Below, one piece after another: positions 57,543 to 64,000 of a DNA stretch of 64,000 nucleotides. The DNA is from Dehalococcoidales bacterium (GTDB taxonomy: Bacteria; Chloroflexota; Dehalococcoidia; Dehalococcoidales; Fen-1064), in contig DASWLM010000021.1 in NCBI GenBank assembly GCA_036396095.1, positions 9,071 through 73,070 on the forward strand, written 5' to 3'. Position numbers and translations under genes: made by a program. The notes beneath the pieces were generated by a model, which saw nothing but the letters and a program-made list of their open reading frames with translations, did not search any database and was not told the origin of the DNA. Numbering within the stretch: the first letter of the stretch is position 1; every line of letters begins with the position of its first letter.

Positions 57543-58544
57543 ATGGCGACCGCAATCATACCCGCCGTTTACGAGCTTGTGATACCCCTCCCTTATAATC
57601 CGCCAGGAGCCACCAACATTTACCTCCTGCGTGGTGATGATGGTTACCTGCTCATTGATGCCGGCTGGAACAACGACCCGGCATTCCATGCTCTCGGTGA
57701 AGGATTGTATGATGTTGGTGCCGATTTTAAGGACATTAAGCAAATTGTAGTCACTCATGCCCATCCCGACCATTACGGGCTGGTCGGGAAAGTGCACGAG
57801 CTCTCTAAAGCAAAAATCTACATGCACCGCAGGGACGAGGAAATTTTCCACCGCTATGCCGCCAGCGAAGAATACATGCGCCAGAGCGAAGAGTGGTTTT
57901 ACAGTAATGGCGTTCCACATCGCGAAATACCCATCACCCGTATGCCTTCTGGCGGACCACGACCTACGGCTCAGTTACAGCAACCTGATGTTTATCTTGA
58001 TGGCGGTGAGACTATCTCCACCGGTATCTTCGACCTGAAGGTTATCTGGACACCGGGGCATTCTCTGGGACATATTTGTCTTTACGAACCCAAGCACAAA
58101 CTGCTATTTGCCGGCGACCATGTCCTGCCGGTCACTATTCCTAATATAAGTCTGGCACCAGGTTCTACAGGTAACCCCCTCGCCTCCTTCCTCAAATCGC
58201 TAGCACTGATTAGAAATCTGGATATTACCACTGTATTACCTGCCCACGAAAACATTTTCCATGACCTCAGAAAGCGCGTCGACGAAATCATTGAACATCG
58301 TGCAGTGCGGAGTGATGAGATAATGCAAGGACTGGGTACAGGTTCTAAGACTGCCTACGAAGTATCCAATTTGATTACCTGGATGCCGCAGTTTGGTGGT
58401 GTCAGATTCCACGACCTCATGCCTATGGACCAGCGTGCCGCCGTCTCCGAGACCCTGGCTCACCTCCGCGCCTTGACTGTCAACGGCAAGATAAAAATCA
58501 TCACTCGAAACAATATGTTCTATTATCAACGTACACAGGCGTAA
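57543..58544 (+). CDS. MBL-fold metallo-hydrolase
   Basis: VVTHAHPDHYG (HxHxDH), TPGHSLGH. Confidence 0.85.
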   Translation: MATAIIPAVYELVIPLPYNPPGATNIYLLRGDDGYLLIDAGWNNDPAFHALGEGLYDVGADFKDIKQIVVTHAHPDHYGLVGKVHELSKAKIYMHRRDEEIFHRYAASEEYMRQSEEWFYSNGVPHREIPITRMPSGGPRPTAQLQQPDVYLDGGETISTGIFDLKVIWTPGHSLGHICLYEPKHKLLFAGDHVLPVTIPNISLAPGSTGNPLASFLKSLALIRNLDITTVLPAHENIFHDLRKRVDEIIEHRAVRSDEIMQGLGTGSKTAYEVSNLITWMPQFGGVRFHDLMPMDQRAAVSETLAHLRALTVNGKIKIITRNNMFYYQRTQA

Positions 58545-58584
58545 TCCTAAAACTTGGTGTTGTATAATGGAACTGTATTCCTGA

Positions 58585-59625
<1,041 letters not shown>

Positions 59626-59760
59626 TCGCTACGAGCTTTCAGAGTTCGTAATTGGTAACCGGAAGCTAGTCGCGATACCTTTTGGTTTATTGTGAAATGT
59701 CTTGAGAACAGGTATTCTCTATGTATACATTCAAGGCTAATAACAATTTAGAGGCAAATC

Positions 59761-60666
59761 ATGAATGAAATTATGTCCATAGAAAGGCGCTTTCGCTATG
59801 ATTGTTCAGGTAAATGGTTTAAGGGTAGTGTCCACGTACACACAAACAGGTCCAGTGGCCGCCTGACTCTGGCTGAGGTGACTGCTTTCTATGCCGAGGC
59901 AGGCTACGACTTCATCTGCATTACGGATAAAATAGTCCCCTTTATCGGGAATTCAGATGACAAGCATCCCCTTCTGGTGCTGAACGGGATAGAAGTGGAG
60001 GGAGAAGATGACCAGGGCTCTTTCTACCATGTTGTTTGTATTGAAGGTGTTGATGGTATCACCGGGGACACAAAGTTAACGGAAGTTATTTATAGAGTAC
60101 GGGCACAAGGAGGTATCCTTATCTGGGCTCATCCGCACTCAGTCAATAATACAGTAGAGGAAGGGCTTCGCCATGGTTTTCATGGTATTGAGGTATTCAA
60201 CTCTATCAACCAGGTAGCCTTCGGAAAAGGCACGGCGGTTTATCATTGGGATGCCTCACTGGTACATCAGTCTGATATGCTCGGTTTTGCTACCGATGAT
60301 GCCCACTTTCTCAAGGGAGTTCCAGCCGAAAAAGGTGGGTGGATTATGGTTAATGCACCGGAGCTCTCCCGTGATGCGATAATGGCATCAATCCATAAGG
60401 GGAACTTCTACAGTTCTACTGGCCCGCTATTCAAATCAATATCTATCGAAGAAAGGAATCGGATAGTGGTTAAGACTTCTCCCATCATCTACGCACGTTT
60501 GGTCGGTACCAGAGGAGAGAGTAAGTTCAGAGGCACTTCTGACAGGGAACAGATGACTGAGATGCATTTCAGGCTTTCCGACGACTGGCATTATGCACGC
60601 CTAGAGATTGAAGACGCTTTCGGTAAAAAAGCGTGGAGTAATCCTCTCCTTGTCGGTAAAAAGTAA
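59761..60666 (+). CDS. PHP-like / CehA-McbA-type metallohydrolase family protein (tentative)
   Basis: GSVHVHTNRSSG N-terminal His motif, ICITDK, WAHPH. Confidence 0.5.
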   Translation: MNEIMSIERRFRYDCSGKWFKGSVHVHTNRSSGRLTLAEVTAFYAEAGYDFICITDKIVPFIGNSDDKHPLLVLNGIEVEGEDDQGSFYHVVCIEGVDGITGDTKLTEVIYRVRAQGGILIWAHPHSVNNTVEEGLRHGFHGIEVFNSINQVAFGKGTAVYHWDASLVHQSDMLGFATDDAHFLKGVPAEKGGWIMVNAPELSRDAIMASIHKGNFYSSTGPLFKSISIEERNRIVVKTSPIIYARLVGTRGESKFRGTSDREQMTEMHFRLSDDWHYARLEIEDAFGKKAWSNPLLVGKK

Positions 60667-60700
60667 TGACTCTTTGCAGTTCATACCGTACACACTCAAG

Positions 60701-60729
60701 TTGCCTCAAATTCACGCCTGTGCTATAAT
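60701..60729 (+). promoter_or_regulatory. Putative promoter of tRNA-Gln(CTG)
   Basis: TTGCCT-17 nt-TATAAT, ending 12 nt upstream of the tRNA 5' end. Confidence 0.55.
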
Positions 60730-60741
60730 TTCACTCGTCAC

Positions 60742-60815
60742 TGGGGATTAGTCTAGTGGTAGGACAGCAGACTCTGGATCTGTGAGGAGAGGTTCGAATC
60801 CTCTATCCCCAGCCA
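60742..60815 (+). tRNA. tRNA-Gln (anticodon CTG)
   Basis: Acceptor TGGGGAT/ATCCCCA with discriminator G, anticodon loop CTCTGGA, T-loop GGTTCGAATCC, encoded CCA. Confidence 0.9.
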
Positions 60816-60910
60816 CTACTAAGGTGATTTTATTACCATCATAGGACAAGCGGTATTTTCCGCTCCAGTGCGGTAGCAGATATGAGAAGCTGTCAATGAG
60901 GAGGTGAAAC

Positions 60911-62320
60911 ATGAAGGGTAGTATGGCTCTTCTAATAGCCTGTATTCTGGTTTCAGTCTCAGTTCTCGGTTGCCGAGCAAAGCCAACTACAACACCGTCG
61001 ACTACAACCCCTGCGTCTGCTCCAACGTCGACAACTGCCACAACAACTGAACCGATTACGCCGACTTCAACAGCACCACCGACAACAGCACCACCTCCAA
61101 GTGATGGAAAATACCGACCGCCTCAGGGTAATTATGCTTATGATTTTTCTCTTGCAAAAGGTACTGGAGTCAGATTGGACGAGCATTATTGGCCGACTTT
61201 TGAAGGTGAGCCTGATAGTTTTGAAACTGTCCAATCAAATGATTTTGGGGGCTGGAAAAGTATTGAGTTCGTGCGTATTAGCGATGCAGATTTGCCCGTT
61301 CCAGCAGAGTATCTTGATGGGTATCTTGAGTTCGATCTCAACGCTCTCATGGAGCACCATATCACACCAGAAATTCCCCAAGGAAGAATCGTTTACCAAG
61401 AATACCTACAAAAAGACACGACCATTCTGTTTGCTGTTCTTGTTCTTCCTGGTGGCTCAAATATGCTCATGAATGGGGAACACCTCGATGCCATTCGAGG
61501 TGTTTATATCGTAATTCAGGGAGCTTACAGTTACGTCATTAGTACGCAAATTTCCACGGGAATGTACCCATCATCCCAAAGTAAGACTCAAAAAGAATAC
61601 ATCCAGCAATTGAAACAAGATCTGGAAAGTTTTTACGGTGGAATTGAATTCGAAACTGACTTGGATGTCGGGAGAGATTTTGTCCCACCTCCGCCAACAC
61701 CAGCTCCCAATCCAATCGACTGGATCCCAGATATGAAAATTCCGACCGGGCTGTTCTTCCCAGATATGGAGAGCAGCAATTTTTCTCGTTATGGTGGTAA
61801 AGCCTTAATGACCAAAGGGGACTGGATTCTGTACATGGCTAGTATACGATCAATTTTGCCCGTTCCTAAAGGTTGGACAACTGAAGAAACTGGACAAGGA
61901 ACTTATATCATGTTCATCCCTACAGGCGACCCCCAAGGAGAATTTGCGATTCGAATCAGCTTAGGTTTTTATTGCTATTATGAGGATGACTCAACAACTA
62001 GCAATGACCCCATCGCCGAAATTCTTGAATCCGCCAAGGACCAAACAGATATCGCCGTGATAAAAAGGGAAATCATAGATGCAGACAGAGGGTATTTATT
62101 CCTAAAAGTCAAAACCGACTTCGGAACGAACCGATACCTTTTGTATTATGCTACTAAAAGTGCCATGTTTAATGATGGCTGGGGATATACTTTTTCGGTT
62201 TACACTGATGAGAAAGATTGGGGTCGGTACTACCCAATTATCGTAGCGATTGTGAAAAATTGGTATACCTCTGATGGAGTGTTTATCGGTGCCCAGTTGC
62301 CAGATACGCTCGTCAAGTAA
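60911..62320 (+). CDS. Hypothetical lipoprotein with Thr/Pro-rich linker
   Basis: Lipobox (VLGC), a T/P-rich linker of about 60 aa, and a 380-aa globular part with no motif I recognise. Confidence 0.55.
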   Translation: MKGSMALLIACILVSVSVLGCRAKPTTTPSTTTPASAPTSTTATTTEPITPTSTAPPTTAPPPSDGKYRPPQGNYAYDFSLAKGTGVRLDEHYWPTFEGEPDSFETVQSNDFGGWKSIEFVRISDADLPVPAEYLDGYLEFDLNALMEHHITPEIPQGRIVYQEYLQKDTTILFAVLVLPGGSNMLMNGEHLDAIRGVYIVIQGAYSYVISTQISTGMYPSSQSKTQKEYIQQLKQDLESFYGGIEFETDLDVGRDFVPPPPTPAPNPIDWIPDMKIPTGLFFPDMESSNFSRYGGKALMTKGDWILYMASIRSILPVPKGWTTEETGQGTYIMFIPTGDPQGEFAIRISLGFYCYYEDDSTTSNDPIAEILESAKDQTDIAVIKREIIDADRGYLFLKVKTDFGTNRYLLYYATKSAMFNDGWGYTFSVYTDEKDWGRYYPIIVAIVKNWYTSDGVFIGAQLPDTLVK

Positions 62321-62394
62321 TATCAGGCAGATGATTGGCGGATTTTCAGGTCAGTCGTTTGTTGTTGTTTTTTAATAAGCAACTGCTGCAGCGC

Positions 62395-62444
62395 CGAAAT
62401 AAGTCGTTTCTTCTCGAAGAAAGGTTCGGAATGTTTCCAGTGCG
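62395..62444. repeat. Copy 1 of a ~50-nt element in the purH-like upstream region
   Basis: 36 of 50 positions are identical, without gaps, to 62592-62641. It contains the small hairpins TTTCTT-CTCG-AAGAAA and GGAA-TGT-TTCC. Confidence 0.6.
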
Positions 62445-62591
62445 CGTAGTGGATTGGATTTGAACTACCGCATGAATTTGGCTTCTCACAAAAACAACCG
62501 GCCTTGTGCTCTAATCATTTGACGAACACGTCTGGGTATAATAGACTTATGTAGCTGGTCGTGTAGAGGATACGAGTAGTTCCTGTAACAT

Positions 62592-62642
62592 CGGAATAAA
62601 TTGCTTTTTCTCGAATGAAAGTTCGGGAACTGTCCAGAGTGG
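62592..62642. repeat. Copy 2 of the ~50-nt element
   Basis: See 62395-62444. This copy lies 197 nt downstream of copy 1 and ends about 80 nt before the ATG at 62723. Confidence 0.6.
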
Positions 62643-62722
62643 CCAGCCAGTATTTTTCTAACGTTACTCTAAATATAGAATTTTAACCTGCATTGCGGGG
62701 TTACTTAGGAGGTCGCTGAATA

Positions 62723-63826
62723 ATGTCCGCTCCAAAAGAGATGAAACTGGTCATTACATTCGAGGATGGGAGTAAAAAAGAGGTTAAGTACACCCTGAGT
62801 CCTCTGAGAAGCGGTGATAATCCGCACCAGGCTGGTTATGTAGGTGAGCCGGGCGGTTCTTACACGGAGGTCATCGAGGGGCGGGGCATGGGATTCACCA
62901 ACCATATCGACCTGAACGGTTACGCGGTCGCTGTGGAAATCAGTAAAACTATGGCATTCCTGAAAGATAAGCGCACTGAGGCGGTTGTTATCAACAAACA
63001 TACCAATCCCGCCGTCTACGCCGCGCGTACTAAACAAATCGATGCCCTTTTAGCCGCACTGACAACCGATAAGAAATCGCCGTTCGGCGGCGTCATGGCA
63101 ACCTCGTCCAAACTTACCCGTGAGACTGCCAACCATCTGGTGGAAAAGAATAAAGCGGAAGGATTCGTGCTGGATGTCCTCGCGGCGCCGGGTTTCGAAG
63201 CTGGCTGTGTAGATATGCTGGCTGATGTGATGAAAAACCTGCGCATTATCGATGTTTCACCGCTCGATAGCTGGGATAAAATACATTCGGGTGTCTTCGG
63301 ATACAACATGAAATGGACAATCGGCAATAAGCCGGTCGTCACTGAGGTTGACAGGACTTCGTTCTTCAATTCGAAATACGGCATGGAAGTGCTCTCGAAA
63401 CGCAAGCCTACCGATAGCGAAATGAAAGATGCTCATCTGGCATGGATTGGCGCCAAGGCAATACAGTCGAACTCATTCGCTTTCTGTAAGGATGCTGTTC
63501 TGCTGGCGCAGTGTGGCGGACAGACCAACCGTGAGGACTCGGCGAAATTTGCCAGTGAGCGCGCTACTGAGTTTGCGGTTTCTTTGAAAGGTTCGGCGGC
63601 GGCAACCGATTCCTTCATCTTTGGCCGCGATAACATTGATCTTCTGCAGAAAATGGGGGTAGCGGTTGTTATCCACCCAACCCGCAAACTGCTGACTACC
63701 GGCAGTCTCAAACCGGACGAGGACATCCTGAAGGTAGTCAATGAATACAACATGGTCATGCTGCGACCGTACCTGACTGGCGCTGACGGACAGCAGAAAG
63801 CCTGGAGAGTGTTCCGTCATTTGTAA
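62723..63826 (+). CDS. purH: AICAR formyltransferase domain protein (PurH-like, lacking the IMP cyclohydrolase/MGS domain)
   Basis: LRSGDNPHQ (compare LRYGENPHQ in PurH) about 40 residues from the N-terminus. At 367 aa it has the length of the AICARFT half only. Confidence 0.7.
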   Translation: MSAPKEMKLVITFEDGSKKEVKYTLSPLRSGDNPHQAGYVGEPGGSYTEVIEGRGMGFTNHIDLNGYAVAVEISKTMAFLKDKRTEAVVINKHTNPAVYAARTKQIDALLAALTTDKKSPFGGVMATSSKLTRETANHLVEKNKAEGFVLDVLAAPGFEAGCVDMLADVMKNLRIIDVSPLDSWDKIHSGVFGYNMKWTIGNKPVVTEVDRTSFFNSKYGMEVLSKRKPTDSEMKDAHLAWIGAKAIQSNSFAFCKDAVLLAQCGGQTNREDSAKFASERATEFAVSLKGSAAATDSFIFGRDNIDLLQKMGVAVVIHPTRKLLTTGSLKPDEDILKVVNEYNMVMLRPYLTGADGQQKAWRVFRHL

Positions 63827-63877
63827 GATTGTCCGCAATGACGGTGAACTGATATAATCATAGCTGTCTTGATACAA

Positions 63878-63954
63878 GGCGCATTCGTCTAGCGGCCTAG
63901 GACGCGTCCCTCTCAAGGACGAGATCATGGGTTCGAATCCCATATGCGCTACCA
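63878..63954 (+). tRNA. tRNA-Glu (anticodon CTC)
   Basis: TTCGTCTAGCGGCCTAGGAC D-arm typical of tRNA-Glu. Anticodon stem CGTCC/GGACG with loop CTCTCAA. GGTTCGAATCC T-loop and encoded CCA. A possible promoter TTGTCC-18 nt-TATAAT lies at 63829-63858. Confidence 0.85.
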
Positions 63955-64000
63955 AACTTTCTATTTCGTATCTAAAATGACTGATTGTTATAATTGCCTC

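Noticed and set aside
62320-62722. A ZTP (pfl), purine or THF riboswitch upstream of the purH-like gene.
   Set aside because: I could not find the conserved cores I remember: GGGUCGUGACUGGCG...CCGCCUGGGC for ZTP, or UAUAAUC...CCGUAAA...GACUAUG for purine. Only a covariance-model scan can settle this.

Overview
This is a 64-kb bacterial chromosomal segment, possibly Chloroflexota-like, though I cannot verify that without a search. I support about 57 protein genes, 7 tRNA genes (Trp-Leu-Gly-Leu cluster, Gln-UUG, Gln-CUG, Glu-CUC), several sigma70-like promoters and several repeat families. I found no rRNA, CRISPR array, transposase or integrase.

Most of the window is housekeeping or transport:
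- Transport: a tungstate-type ABC importer, an OmpR/histidine-kinase pair with a MacAB-like efflux module, and two ABC-2 exporters.
- Central metabolism: carB, eno, gap, a purH-like AICARFT and a GuaB3-like IMPDH.
- Other: beta-oxidation-type enzymes, a tandem PAC2 pair, an HDAC-family gene and a serpin.

Three visibly AT-rich islets interrupt this backbone, and each carries conflict-type genes:
1. 3.3-5.5 kb lies between tRNA genes. It holds an LRR lipoprotein and a stand-alone SIR2-like gene. Both are driven by copies of the same promoter-bearing repeat, and the SIR2-like gene has a coupled 21-codon upstream ORF.
2. 32.2-36.5 kb is the strongest candidate for an undescribed system. It is a tightly coupled six-gene cassette: TIR-like, a 173-aa unknown, TIR-like, Nmad2-like, radical SAM/SPASM, and an Fe-S family-4 UDG-like protein.
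3. 42.8-44.6 kb holds a PUA/EVE-like domain fused to a PD-(D/E)xK nuclease, plus an unknown partner behind a consensus promoter.

Other points worth a second look:
- a leader-peptide/alternative-hairpin attenuator in front of a GNAT gene
- a duplicated ~50-nt element in the purH-like leader
- heptanucleotide-periodic intergenic tracts
- REP/MITE-like elements
- a radical SAM gene with CX4CX2C spacing

All domain calls come from motif recognition by eye, and none has been checked against a database.
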